DNA of 64,000 nucleotides, from NCBI GenBank assembly GCA_964016885.1, contig OZ024741.1, positions 75,082,001 through 75,146,000 of the forward strand, read 5' to 3'. The position numbers and the translations under genes are program-made. The DNA is from Eledone cirrhosa. Lineage: Eukaryota. Under the pieces are notes generated by a model. It was not told the DNA's origin. It saw only the letters and a list, made by a program, of their open reading frames with translations, and made no database searches. Below, one piece after another: positions 30,118 to 44,109 of the stretch (the first letter of the stretch is position 1; every line of letters starts with the position of its first letter).

Positions 30118-30338
30118 AAGTGTGTTTTTTTCTCTCCCCAATTTTTTTTTTTACATTTTCCCCGTTCCTTCCTCTTATCACCCTTTCCTTTCTATTTATT
30201 TTCTATTTTTAACTCTATTTTCTGATGAAGGAATAGTGTCCGAAACACTAAGACTCACTTCCTGCTATTTCAAATTTTAAACTAATATATTTCTTCCATG
30301 TACTGTGCCGTTTGTTTTGTTATTTTTGTTTACCTTTT

Positions 30339-30378
<40 letters not shown>

Positions 30379-30407
30379 GTATATATATATATATATATAT
30401 CTGTATA

Positions 30408-32300
30408 TCATCATCATCATCATCGTTTAACGTCCATATTCCACGCTTGCATGGGTTTGGACAGGAGTTTTCCCACTTGAGGCAAGAGTGGTTGTCTTGC
30501 TCGTATACGACTGTCTGGCGGGTTTTCTATGGTTGGATGCCCTTCCTAACACCAACCACGTTTACAGTGTGGACTGGGAGGTTTTTACCGTGTTACCTAC
30601 ACGGCCACATTACAGCGTGGACTGTGTGATTTTTTGTCGTGACACCTACACGACCTCATTTGTTTCGGCCTGGATGTTGTGGTACCAACATAACTTTACA
30701 TTGAAAGGGGCGGTGTGGATGGGGTGGGGGTAGTGGGACGGGGGTGTATTTTATTAGAGGTACCTACTGACTGTAGTAGGTTTTACTTTGTATTTAGGTA
30801 AGGCGGGTCTTCTCTATTACTGAGTACTGCCAAAGATCTCGGTCCAGTGACATTGTCTTGGAGAGGTGTAAGTGTGTGAGGTCGGAATTTATCAAGTCGT
30901 CCCAGGTTTTTCTGGGTCTGTCTACTCCATGGCTACCGTCTATTTTTATTGCCCTGCACTTTTTTATACAGCTGTCGTCTTTCATGCGCATCACGTGATC
31001 ATACCAACGTAGCCTTCTCTTGAGTAAACAACATCTGATCCCTCTTATTTCTAATTTTTCCCTTAGTTCGTTAATGCTTTGCCGTTCACGTATATTACTA
31101 TTACACATCCAGTGGAGCATGCAAGCTTCGATCCTCTCTAGTCTGCGTATATCATCTGCACACAATGCCCAGGTCTCACTGCCATGCAACATTGCTGTTC
31201 GTATGCAGGCATCATACAGCCTGCTTTCGTTTTTAGGGAGAACCCTTTAGCGCCTAATAGTGGTATAAGCTCTCTGAACTTTTTCCATCCAGTTCTGACT
31301 CTAACTACTGTACTTTCAGAGCACCCTCCCCCACTGCTGATTTTGTCACCCAGGTAACGGAAGCTGTCCACTATTTCTATAGAACCCTCTGTGCAATTGA
31401 AAGAGCTAGTATTTTGTGGGACTTGCTGCTACTTATTGCACCAGAGCACCGGCCACATGTAAAATTTATGTTCTTAGTTAGCTTACCTGTGATCCCACTA
31501 CATCTTTTATGCACCCATACTTTGCATTTGGGACATAAAATGGAGTTTCTACCTACGCCTTTCCTACACACTGGGCATGGCCATTTCCTTCCTACAAACT
31601 AGAACTTTAGTCTTAGCCAGGTTAATTTTAAGGCCTTTTGATTCTAGGCCGTGCTTCCATGTTTGGAATTTCTTCTCTAGTTCGGCCATTGATTCAGCTA
31701 TGAGCATTAGATCATCTGCGTATAGGAGTTCCCATGGGCAGCCGGTCTTGAACTCCACTGTTATAGCCTGAAGGGCAATAATAAATAGTAGGGGGCTAAG
31801 AACGGAGCCCTGGTGAACACCAACTTTTACGCTAAACTCTTCACTATATTCGTTGTTAATTCTAACCTTGCTGACTGTTTCTTTATACATGGCTTGTATA
31901 GCTCTCAGAAGCCATTCATCAACACCTAGTTTTCTAACAGCCCACCAGATAATGGAACGGGGGACTCTGTCGAAGGCTTTCTCCAAGTCGACAAAAGCTA
32001 AGTATAGGGGTTTACTTTTAGCTAGGTACTTCTCCTGTAGTTGTCGTACAATGAAAAGAGCGTCTGTGGTACTTTTGCCTGACACAGACCCGAACTGCAT
32101 TTCATCTAGATCAATTCTCTCTCTGATTAGTTGCGCTATTACTTTTTCCGTGACCTTCATGACCTGGTCGATTAATTTAATGCCTCTATAGTTACTCCTA
32201 TCTAGGGCATCTCCTTTACCCTTGTAACAGTTAATGATGATGCTGCTACGCCAGTCCTTCGGAACAACCCCATTCTGTATGACTTGGTTTACTATCCGGG
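30408..32300 (-). mobile_element. Young 5'-truncated RTE LINE (frameshifted)
   Basis: ORFs 31564..32160 (RT, YADD), 31377..31571, 31138..31371 and 30794..31192. Both ends abut TA repeats. Confidence 0.93.
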
Positions 32301-32334
32301 TGTATATATATGTATATATATCATAAATGAATTG

Positions 32335-32902
32335 ATAGAGAGACTGAGCATAAGAGGAATGCTGTGTGCAGGAGAGGCGGTTGCGTTAGTATGGACATGT
32401 GATGCGTATGAAGGATGACAGCTGCATAAAAAGGTGCAGAGCACTAGAAGTCAATGGAAACCGCGGAGTGGGGAGACCCAAGAAGACCTGGGATGAGGTG
32501 ATAAAAGCCGACCTTACCGAATTACACCTCTCAAAGGCGATGACACACGACCGTGATATCTGGCGTCACGCAATAATACAGAGTACCCGACCTCCCATGG
32601 GTACAAGCTGAAGCATATAGACAATATGTCCCCACACCCTCCCACTGCAATGTGGTCGTGGAGGTGCCACAGCAAAAAAGCACCCAGCCACACTGTAAAG
32701 TGGACATGTAGGCGCCACGGAAAAAGCACCCAGCACTCACTGTAAATGAGGTTGGTGTTAGGAAGGGCATCCAGCTGTAGAAATCAAGCCAAAATCAGTT
32801 CCTGTATGAGCAAGGCATGGTCAGCCGACCAGCTACTGCCCACAACAGGACAACCCGTCTAACCCATGCTAGCGTGGAAGAACGGACGTAAAACGGTGAT
32901 GA
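32335..32902 (+). mobile_element. RTE LINE 3' fragment (subfamily B), tail-to-tail with the next copy
   Basis: ORF 32399..32611 (GRPKKTWDEVI); the 3' UTR ends acgtaaaacggtgatga before (TA)n. Confidence 0.88.
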
Positions 32903-32959
32903 TATATATGTGTATATATATATATCTATATATATACATATTTATATATATATATATAT

Positions 32960-34700
32960 CATCATCATCATCATCATCATCAGGTTTAGCGTCCGTGTTC
33001 CACGCTTGCATGGGTTTGGACGGGGGTTTTCCCACTTGAGGCAAGAGTGGTTGTCTTGCTCGCATAGGACTGTCTGGCGGGTTTTCTACAGTTGGATGCC
33101 CTTCCTAACACCAACCACATTTACAGTGTGGGGCTGGGAGGTTTTTACCGTGTTGCCTACACGGCCACATTACAGCGTGGACTGTCTGGCTGGTTTTCTA
33201 CAGCTGGATGCCCTTCCTAACACCAACCACATTTACAGTGTGGGGCTGGGAGGTTTTTACCGTGTTGCCTACACGGCCACATTTACAGCGTGGACTGTGT
33301 GTTTTTTGTCGTGACACCTACACGATCTCATTTGTTTCGGCCTGGATGTTGTGGGACCAACATAACTTTACATTGAAAGGGGCGGTGTGGGTGGGGTGGA
33401 GGTGGTGGGACGGGGGTGTGTTTTGATAGAGGTGCCTACTGACTGTAGTAGGTTTTTACTTTGTATTTAGATAAGGCGGGTCTTCTCTATTACTGAGTAC
33501 CGCCAAAGGTCTCGGTCCAGTGACATTGTCTTGGAGAGGTGTAAGCGTGTGAGGTCGGAATTTATCAGCTCGTCCCATGTTTTTCTGGGTCTGCCTACTC
33601 CGTGGCTACCGTCTATCTTTATTGCCCTGCACTTTGTTATACAGCTGTCGTCTTTCATGCGCATCACGTGACCGTACCAACGTAGCCTTCTCTCGAGTAA
33701 ACAACATCTGATCCCTCTTATTTCTAATTTTTTCCTTAGTTCGTTTATGCTTTGCCGTTCACGTATATTACTATTGCACATCCAGCGGAGCATGCAAGCT
33801 TCGTTCCTCTCTAGTCTGCGTATATCCTCTGCACACAATGCCCAGGTCTCACTGCCATGCAGCATTGCTGTTCGTATGCAGGCATCGTATAACCTGCCTT
33901 TCATTTTTAGGGAGAACCCTCTAGCGGCTAATAGTGGTATAAGCTCTCTGAACTTTTTCCATCCAGTTCTGACTCTAGCTACTGTACTTTCAGAGCACCC
34001 TCCCCCACTGCTGATTTTGTCACCCAGATAACGGAAGCTGTCCACTATTTCTATAGAACCCTCTGCGCAGTTGAAGGAGCTAGTATTTTGTGGGCACTTG
34101 CTGCTACTTATTGCACCAGAGCACCGGCCACATGTAAAATCTATGTTCTTAGTTAGCTTACCTGTGATCCCACTACATCTTTTATGCACCCATACTTTGC
34201 ATTTGGGACATAAAATGGAGTTTCTACCTACGCCTTTCCTACACACTGAGCATGGCCATTTCCCCGATGGGACCGCCGCCTTATTTTCTTTCCTACAAAC
34301 TAGAACTTTAGTCTTAGCCAGGTTAATTTTAAGGCCTTTTGATTCTAGGCCGTGCTTCCACGTTTGGAATTTCTTCTCTAGTTCGGTCATTGATTCAGCT
34401 ATGAGCGTTAGATCATCTGCGTATAGGAGTTCCCATGGGCAGCCGGTCTTGAACTCCTCTGTTATAGCCTGAAGGGCAATAATAAATAGTAGGGGGCTAA
34501 GTACAGAGCCCTGATGGACACCAACTTTTACGCTAAACTCTTCACTATATTCGTTGTTAATTCTAACCTTACTGACTGTTTCTTTATACATGGCTTGTAT
34601 AGCTCTCACAAGCCATTCGTCAACACCTAGTTTTCTAAGAGACCACCAGATAATGGAACGGGGGACTCTGTCGAAGGCTTTCTCCAAGTCGACAAAAGCT
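32960..34700 (-). mobile_element. Young 5'-truncated RTE LINE with uninterrupted 3' ORF
   Basis: Open 406-aa frame, tandem duplication in the 3' UTR, (CAT)n tail, and (TA)n on both flanks. Confidence 0.95.
33467..34687 (-). CDS. RTE ORF C-terminal part: reverse transcriptase with inserted PHD-type finger (partial, no true start)
   Basis: [31 protein letters not shown], then CSVC-x10-CPKC-x4-H-x2-C-x14-CGRC, then FRYLG, HGSETW and RWYGHV. Confidence 0.85.
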   Translation of the reverse strand: MEKAFDRVPRSIIWWSLRKLGVDEWLVRAIQAMYKETVSKVRINNEYSEEFSVKVGVHQGSVLSPLLFIIALQAITEEFKTGCPWELLYADDLTLIAESMTELEKKFQTWKHGLESKGLKINLAKTKVLVCRKENKAAVPSGKWPCSVCRKGVGRNSILCPKCKVWVHKRCSGITGKLTKNIDFTCGRCSGAISSSKCPQNTSSFNCAEGSIEIVDSFRYLGDKISSGGGCSESTVARVRTGWKKFRELIPLLAARGFSLKMKGRLYDACIRTAMLHGSETWALCAEDIRRLERNEACMLRWMCNSNIRERQSINELRKKLEIRGIRCCLLERRLRWYGHVMRMKDDSCITKCRAIKIDGSHGVGRPRKTWDELINSDLTRLHLSKTMSLDRDLWRYSVIEKTRLI

Positions 34701-35171
34701 ATATATATATATATGTATATGTATATATATATATGTATATATATCTATATATATGTATATGTATATATATATGTATATATATATATATATATATGTATAT
34801 GTATATATGCCCTCATTATCATCATTAACGTCCACTTTTCCTGCTAACAAGGGTTGGACAGGTTTTCACAGACTGCGTCTATACTAATGTGGGGATACTG
34901 ATTTCCCTGATAGGCTGGGGATTTGCATATAGTTACTTACATATAGTTTCACATTCTACCAAGTGTATTTTATCGTGACACTAACACTAGAGAAGTTGTG
35001 ATGTCATTGACACAACTGGAGGGTTTTCCCAACCTTGTGTTTCACAAACTTTTTACAGCCAGATGCCCTTTCGAACATCAACCACTTTACATCATGTACT
35101 GGGTAAATTTATCATGTAGATCACCAACTCTAGAGAGGTTGTTGTGCCACTGACACAACTGAGGGGATCTC

Positions 35172-35542
35172 ATATATAAGACGGAGAAATATGTGACAAA
35201 AATCGATGGTAAAATGGGGAGTCAACTTGTATTTGTGGTGAATATTACACCTATTTCACTTTCAATGTGAAATTTGTATTTTCTATCGCTTTTGATGTTT
35301 TGAATGAATATGGTCACCAAAACGATCAGAATTTGGTAAAATATTATTACATACTCTAAATGTCATTTTTTGAATATAAATGTATTAAAACTTTCTAAAT
35401 ACATTCTCCAGTCACAAGAATTTCAAAACAGCACCATCTAAATATAATGTTTTGATTACCTGCCTTGGCTTATAAATGGGGTTTGGAGTTTTGCCTATTT
35501 CTCAGACATAATATAGGGTGTCGGTTTATATTTTAGTATATA
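35172..35542. mobile_element. pogo/Tigger-like MITE copy
   Basis: Homologous to both halves flanking the CR1 at 24345-27155 and to 62295-62725. Confidence 0.55.
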
Positions 35543-35859
35543 CACTATGTCTGTGTTTGTGTGTGTTTTTATACACACAAACAAACTCATATCATCATCA
35601 TCATTTAATATCCATTTTCCATGCTGGCAGAATAGATAGATTGTCACAAACCATGTTAATATTTAATCGAAGATCCTGTTCTGTCAGATGTGCCAGGAGC
35701 TACATCTCCATTACATATGTTCTGGTTTTGGTATGGCTTCTACAGATGAATGCCAATCCCATCAGAGAGGGTACAACTTAATGCCACTGAAACTAGGTTA
35801 ATCTCTGGCCTGCTAAGCCTTCAGACTTTGAACAGGCTTTAACCTATAATATATATATA

Positions 35860-36260
35860 TATATGCCTGCATACAAACTACAATGCTTTGTGGAAATGAG
35901 ATGAGCGCCTTAACTGTGGAAGACTTGTAAAGGCTAGAAAGAAAGGAAGTATGCTCTAATGGATGTGTAATGTTAATTTGCATGAACAACGTAGCATAAG
36001 TGAGCTGAGAGAAAAACTTGGTATAATAAGAATTGGATGTAGTGAGTAAGAAGACTGCATTGGTATGGGCAAATGATGTATATATGGAAGATGACAGCTA
36101 TATAAAGAAGTGCAGAAAAATCTCAGTGGAAAGGACACATGTAAGAGGCAGGATAAGAGCAAACTTAGGAAGCTGAACCTCATGATGGGGATGACAAAGG
36201 ACCGTGAGAATTGTTGACATGTTACCTGTGAAGACCTGCCTACAAGCATAAAGGATGTGA
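35860..36260 (+). mobile_element. Decayed RTE 3' fragment
   Basis: Remnants of ctagaaagaaa...tggatgtgtaatg...gaagactgcattggtatgg. Similar fragments lie at 49620-49950 and 63400-64000. Confidence 0.7.
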
Positions 36261-38774
36261 CTTGAGCCATGCCTCCACACCACTTTCACCATCGCTGTAC
36301 ACTCCACCCTAACTCTATCAATGATCACAACCATTCCTCTGTTCTAATCACTGTACCCACCCCCATGCTACCTGTGATCACTTCCCCCTTCTCACCCTAT
36401 TAAATCCTACCACATACTTTCTCTCTTCTCCTACATGACATACACCCATGTCACCATACTTATCTTTTTTATCTCCCCCTTACCTGAGCTTCCACCCCTT
36501 CCAAAGGCTAGAATGGGTTCTTAAGTTTAAGCAATGACTAACAACCTCTCTTATATTGGTGCTATGAAAAATGTCCCCAGAACACCCCGAGGGTCAAGGT
36601 ATATCCTTAGTTGTACCTCAATAAAATGCACCTGGTGAATTCTGTAGAGTGTACAAATTTATATAAGCAAGAGGGTATCCTCATCTATCATCTTCAGCCA
36701 TGTTTTCCTCTTCCTCTACTTTGTTCCACATTTATTTCCATTACAAGTCTCGCCCAGTCATTTTCATCATTCTTCAAAACTGGACCCAGTCATCTCATTC
36801 CATTTCTCTTCACATCATACATCACTAAATACTTTTTCCTCCATCATTGTCTTCAATTCATTGTTTGGTCCTTCTCTTCACTGGCCCATTCTCATTTCTG
36901 TACTTTCCAGCCTTATTTACTGCTTTATGTATGATGCAATCAAATACAATGAAGGATATTTTTCAGACAACATACAGAATCAGCCATCGAAAGAGTACAA
37001 CACATGACAATAGTGTAATGTTATAAAGAACATAGCAGGTGTTTCCAGTTTTGCATAACAAACCTGATGTAATTCTAGCCAGCTTCATTATGCTTTCTTT
37101 TTCAATTTTTCGTACTAACATCAATATTCTGTTCATGATTCATCTAATTATGGCTGAATATTATAGTTTGTTAGTTTCAGATCGTTTCACACTGCTAATT
37201 CCAATGAAAAAAATTACAGAAAAGAAAAAAAATAGCAAATTCTTTCTCATCCCCTGTATTGCTATTCTCCATAATTATTTATGTAATTGAGAAGAAAGGA
37301 TATATAAAAAAAACAAGTTAATTGTAGGAAGCCATTGTAAATCTCATTACTTAGGGATGTGGTAAGTCTCTCTAGACAAGCTTTAGATTCCAGCAATGGA
37401 TAATTGAAGAACATTTTTTATTACAATATAAAGTATATATATTTAATAATATTTACAATTAAAAAATAATAATATTTAAATGAAACAAAAAGAAAGAGGA
37501 AAGGGAAAAAATCAGAATTAAGCAATGAAAGTATCACCAAAAAGTGATATCTAGTTTACTTCAAAGAGGGAGATGTATTATGTGTGTGCGTGTGTGAATA
37601 TGCCTCATATGGGACAACTCGTCTAACCCATGCTAGCATGGAAAATAGATGTTAAATGATGATGATGATGATATATATATATAAATACAAATTCAAAAGA
37701 TGGTGGGCAAAGACAGATGAAACACAGGACAGCCCCATCTCATCAGTCGACCTCTGGAGGTCCTTATGATTTCAGTGCATTAAGGTTGATATCACTAACT
37801 ATGGTGCACATGGGATAGTAACAAATGGATACAGCACAAGACAACTGGTATATAACATCTACTATATATATATACCATTGAAGATAGACATTAATCGACA
37901 ATGATGATATATATATATGATGAAGATGATGCTGATGATATATATATATGCTGCTGAAATGGCTAAAAACACTCAGTCCAACATGTTATGTGCTCATGTT
38001 GGTGTCATAACAAAAGATCACCAAGTTCTTTCTGTAAAGTAATATGACAAATGAGCACCTAACCCTCCCTGCAAAGTGGTCATGCTGATGACATGACAAA
38101 TAAGCACCCAGTCCACCCTGTCAGGTGTTTATATTGGGGACATGACAGAAGGCACCCAGTTGACACTGTAAAGTTGTTGTGCTGGTGGCACAACAAAAGG
38201 TGCCCTGTCTACCCTGTGAATTGGTCGGATTGGTGACGTGACAAAAAGCACCCAGTCACTTCCTTCTTCTATCTCTCCATCTCTATCCATTCCTCCCTCA
38301 TTCTTTGTTCTTACTACTGTCCTATGTACAACCTTTTTCCATGATACCAAAACGACCACTTTACATGTTGAACTGGGTGCTTTTGTCATGTCACTATATG
38401 ACCACTTTGTGGAGTTCACTGGGTGTTTATTGTCATATCATGTCACTAACAATAATTTTATTATGGTCTGATAAATTGATTTTTTCTTAATTCTTTCATT
38501 GAGCAAAATTAGTATTGATTGGACTCACTCTTATATATGTCTATACTTGTGTATAAATTTATATATTTATATATCTTCAATTAATTTGTTTAGATATCAT
38601 CATCATCATCGTTTAACGTCCATTTTCCATGCTAACATATGTATATATATATATATATATATATATTTATAGATATAGATATATATGTATATAATATATA
38701 TATTTTTATAGATATAGATACATGTGTATATAATATATATATATTTTTATATATATAATATATATATGTATAAA

Positions 38775-38805
<31 letters not shown>

Positions 38806-41800
38806 TGGTGGAAGTGGTCAACACGTACAGTGCATTAACTTGTTCTTCTAGAAACATCTATATTCAAGCTATATTATTATTTAGTGTACACACGATATAT
38901 ATATTTAACTTGTAATGCTCTGTATAAAGTAGTGTCCAAAGTTGAATGTACTGTAAAAATAGCCTTAAACAAAGAAGTACTAATTAAAGCATTTTGTATT
39001 TGGTTAAATGAAGAGACTGTCTGAATCATTATCGTATTTATCATGTTCATCATGTATGATAAAAATGATGTTGTTTGGTTCAATCCAGTAAAACAGCATC
39101 AGAAAAAGTTATTTTGGTTGTCAATATCCTCGACAGTATTGTATTTGAAGAAAAGAGAAAGGTATAGGTGAATGACTAAGAAGTTTGGTGTGGTAAATGA
39201 GGTTCCAGTTTCAATCTGAGTGCATGGTGTCTTGGGTAGGTGTTTTTAACGTAGCACCAAGACAACTGACCCAAGCCTTTGAGTGAAGTTGGGTAGATGG
39301 AAATTGTTTGGAAGCCAGCTTATTGGTTGCATTGTACCTTTAATTCAAATATCCAGCCTTGTCACATATTGCATCATGCTATTTGGCTTAGGAATTACAT
39401 TAATGGTACACATTTATGAGGAATACTCAAACACTCTACAATACCAGACAGACTGTGCCTATAATTCAAGTGTCCAATATATTGTGTCATACTGATTCTG
39501 TAGATATGTCAGTGGAGTAGTGAAACACTTACATTTTAAGATGAATTGTGTCTATAATTGAAGGTTCAGCATTGTCAAATTTATCTGGTTTGGGAATTAC
39601 AATATTAAGTATACACATGTCTATGGAATACTCAACCAATTAAACGTTAATTAAGGAGTTAGACAAACAATTGATTGAAAAACATGATCACTGACAAAAC
39701 CAGTGGGAGATCCATCATTTAGAAAATTCATCACTCTTTCAAGATAAATAGCACTGATCAACATACATTCTGCTACCTAAGAGGTTATGAATACTTTTGG
39801 ATATTTGGGGGCATGGAATCCAAATATACTATTAGTTTTGTCACATCAGTTCTAGAGTTTGATGTACAGCATACTCTTATATATGATGTAAATTAATGGG
39901 ACAAATCTGATGCTATTTTAAAAATCAAGTTCCAAAAATAAATCCTAATTCTGATTGCAATGTGCTTCAGGGTTTCTAATTGCATGGGTTGATACATTAG
40001 ATTTTAAAGGGGCATGTTGTAAAGAGGTGATAGAACAAAACTGTGGGTATATTTGGAATGAATGTCCAAAATATACTCCAGAATTGGTCTAATCTCCAAG
40101 GTCAATGTAATCAACTAGTAAAATCTTTCATTATCAATATGAAACATTTAATGGCAAACTCTGTTGATAAAACAGAGATATAGTTGGTTGTATATATATA
40201 TATATATCCTTTCGAAAGGTATCCATATACTAGCAGACCTAAAGTTTATTATTTTTGTTAACCTACTATGTTTAAATAGAATTTGTGAAATACCTGAAAG
40301 GAATGGAAAAAAAGAAAAACAAGGCAGGGATAAACTCATCATTTTGGGCTGAATGGTATATTTCAGTTCAATTACGGACAAGATGGTGAAAGCATTGCCA
40401 CAGAAAACAATCAACAATACTTACTGCATCAGCCATCCCAGCTTTTATGGGCTCCTTCCACAGACATGATGACTGTATCCCAATTTGGTAGAAGAAAATG
40501 GTAGTCATTTGACAGAGGATACCTGAGGCTTCAAGTGCAATCAGCAGCATAAAAAGGAATTGGTATGCCAATACCTAAGGAATTAAGCAATGATACTCAC
40601 AGAAATATGGCACAAGTAAGCCAAATATAGAGGTTGATGATGTGATTGTATTACTAATAATTTTATCAATAATGAGTTTCTCATTATCTTTCTTATTGAT
40701 CTTTAACCCTTTTATGACCATATTTCTAATAAAACCCTCTGTGTTTTTCAATTCATTTTGAAACAAATCAACATTTTGGAGGAATTTGATAAAATTGTTA
40801 ATATTTTCATTGGAAAATTGATATTTAGAACAATACTTAACACAAATTTCTTAAATAAAATTATGATAGAAGGTTTTGATAAAAACATAAACATTTAAAA
40901 AGGAGTAGTTTTTTATCACAAATCCAGGGCAGTTTCAGACAGCTTGGTATCAGAAGTGTGATGGATTGAAAAATAATTAGATCATTGAAAAGAAAATTCT
41001 TTGCAGTACTTTTTCTGACTTCAAATGCTACCAAGGTTAACTTTGCCTTTCATCAATATAGGGTGGATAAAATAAAATACCAGTCAAGTGGTAAGGTCAA
41101 TACAATCCATTACACTTCTGCCCTGAAATTGCTGGTCTTGTGCCTAAATTAGAAACCATTATTTGAGAAACTAATAGTTTTGACATCATTTCAATGTTTC
41201 ATGTAAATATTTCCTGCAACAATAAGTGAGCCTCAGTGTTTCTGAGATGTATGTACAAAGCTGGGTCAAATCATTTTGAGGCCCTCAGCCCTTAAAACAT
41301 CATGTTTTAAGTGCTTAGGGCCTCAAAATCATTCAATCAGATTGTGTAGAACCTTTGAGCAATTGTCTTCTAGAAAGGCCTCAGGTAGACCAGTGTCTTG
41401 TAAGTGAAATTTGGTACATGAAAATTGTGTGAAAGGCGTATAATACAGAGGTGTAGAAGATATCCAAATACCAGGACTTGACTAACAACTTTTTTGTGCC
41501 AACTGCCATTAAGATCTATGTTGTCTTCAGTCCCCGGACAGACATTTTAATTCATAAAATTAAGTGCATCCTGCCTGGAAAAGCACCCTCATGATGTGGA
41601 ATGACTGGTGCAGCATGTGTTGTTAGCTGTTCTCTGTGGAAATTCTTTAACCACTTTGTCCTTGGGGTGCCGCTGAAATATGACACCCAAACAAGGATCT
41701 AGAGTTTGCCCCCTTCCTGTTTTTTCATTATTTAATTTTTTCTCCTCTTTTTTTTTTTTTATAATTCTTATCCTATAAACGAAAGTTGTTTCTGGATATT

Positions 41801-42583
41801 AAAAAAACACAAAAAACAAAAAAGCACAATGGAATATTAAAACTATGAAAGCAGAGAAGAGAAACAAGACTTGAAACAATTGAATTTTCCAAAGAAATTC
41901 CTGTTTAGTTTATATGTTTAATTCTCTCTCAATGTAAAAATGGCATCATGGATCAACAAGCAATCTGTTCAGTGGCAGTTTGGTTGTGTATTTTTTTTTT
42001 TATTATTTGAAATGTTACTACCTGCTGTTTTTCTATGACACAAGTCTTAGGTTTCTATTGTTACATATTTTTTCTGGGGGAAAAGAAAAACACAAGGCAC
42101 ATTAAAATAAAATGTTTTGTAGTGGTAGTCGTCGTTGTGGTGGTGATGTTTCTCAAGCAAAAACTATGATTAACAACATAGTAAAGGAGCTTTAGATTTA
42201 ATTAAATCTTTCAGTAGAGCCTCACTGACAGATCAATCTAACATCACCTTCGCTATCCTGAGGGGTCAATGCATTCATAATTCTGGCTGCTGGGCCCAAT
42301 AAGTAACCTCCACCTGAGGCACTTCAAACAGACAAGACAGCTGAACAAAAGAACATAATCTAGTAGAAATACATTGAATGTAAGCAAGCATAAAGAGATT
42401 AATTTGTTTCTATACTGTAGCAATGTTGGGACATTACCATTGATTTAGGCCATCATATTGACCCCAAAACGTATTTTTTAAAAGTATGATATTTATTTTA
42501 TTGATCTCTTTTTTGTCAAACCAGTAAGTTAGGAATATAAACAGATGCATAGACATGGGCTCACACACATGCTACTCACACAA

Positions 42584-43563
42584 TCATCATCATCATCATC
42601 GTTTAAAGTCCATCTTCCACGCTTGCATGGGTTTGGACGGGCGTTTTCCCACTTGAGGCAAGATTGGTTGTCCTGCTCGTATAGGACTGTCTGGCGGGTT
42701 TTCTACGGCTGGATGCCCTTCCTAACACCAACCACGTTTACAGTGTGGACTGGGAGGTTTTTACCGTGTTACCTACACGACCACATTACAGCGTGGACTG
42801 TGTGTTTTTTTGTTGTGACACCTACACGTCTGGCGGGTTTTCTACGGCTGGGTGACCTTCCCAACACCAACCACGTTTACAGTGTGTACTGGGAGGTTTT
42901 TACCATGTTACCTACATGGCCACATTACAGCGTGGACTGTGTGTTTTTTTTGTCATGACACCTACACAACCTCATTTGTTTCGGACTGGATGTTGTGGTA
43001 CCAACATAACTTCACATTTAAGGGGGTGGTGTGGATGGGGTGGGGGTAGTGGGACGGGGGTGTATTTTGTTAGAGGTGCCTACTGACTGTAGGTTTCGCT
43101 TTGTACTTAGGCAAGGCAGGTCTTCTGTATAACTGTGTAGCGCCAAAGATCTCGGTCCAATGACATTGTCTTGGAGAGGTGTAAGTGTGTGAGGTCAGAA
43201 TTTATTAAGTCGTCCTAGGTTTTTCTGGGTCTGCCTACTCCGTGGCTACTGTCTATTTTTATCGCCCTGCACATTTTTATACAGCTGTTGTCTTTCATGC
43301 GCATCATGTGATCGTACCAACGGTAAACAACATCTGATCCCTCTTATTCCTAATTTCTCCCTTAGTTTGTTTAAGCTTTGCCGTTCATGTATATTACTAT
43401 TACACATCCAGCGGAGCATGCAAGCTTCGTTCCTCTCCAGTCTGGGTATATCCTCTGCACACAATGCCCAGGTCTCACTGCCATGTAACATTGCTGTTCG
43501 TATGCAGGCATCATACAGCCTGCCTTTCATTTTTAGAGAGAACCCTTTAGCAGCCAATAGTGG
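42584..43563 (-). mobile_element. 5'-truncated RTE LINE with duplicated 3' UTR segment
   Basis: ORF 43246..43557, (CAT)n tail, and a 5' junction into (TA)n. Confidence 0.92.
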
Positions 43564-44109
43564 ATATATATATATATCTAATTAAGAAAAGTTTTCCAAA
43601 GATTAATGGAAGGGAATTTCAGTGAAATGAGATATCCAAGAATAGATAAGATACATATATATATCATATAGAAATGACATCTACAGATTAGCACATTTCA
43701 TTCATTTGAATGAAACAGTTCTTGTTGCGTAGAAGTCATTTCTATAATATATATATATAACTGGCCAGACCTCCCTCGTAATGGGACCACCCAGTTCCCA
43801 AATTATGGTTCTGATATAAGCAGGGTATGGCACAGCCAACTGGCCAGACCCTTCTCAACGGTGTTACCTAGTTTTACACTGTAAACATGGTTGGTGTTAG
43901 GAAGTGTTTCGATTTGTGCAAGGCAGAGCGCAGCCATCTGTCCAGACTAATCTCATAATAGTACCACCCAGCTCCACATAGTAAACTTGGTTGGTGTCGG
44001 AAAGGCATCCAGCTGTAAAAATCCCAGCCAAAATACAGTCCTGTTTGAGCAAGGTATGATGCAGCCAATTGGCCAGAATAGTTTCACAACCCTTTATGTG
44101 ACATTCATA

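Noticed and set aside
38000-38460. Repeated aaagcacccag...ctgt units resembling a CRISPR-like array (also 50050-50230)
   Set aside because: They are irregular, decayed sub-repeats of the RTE/SINE 3' UTR in a eukaryotic context, with no constant repeat or spacer length.
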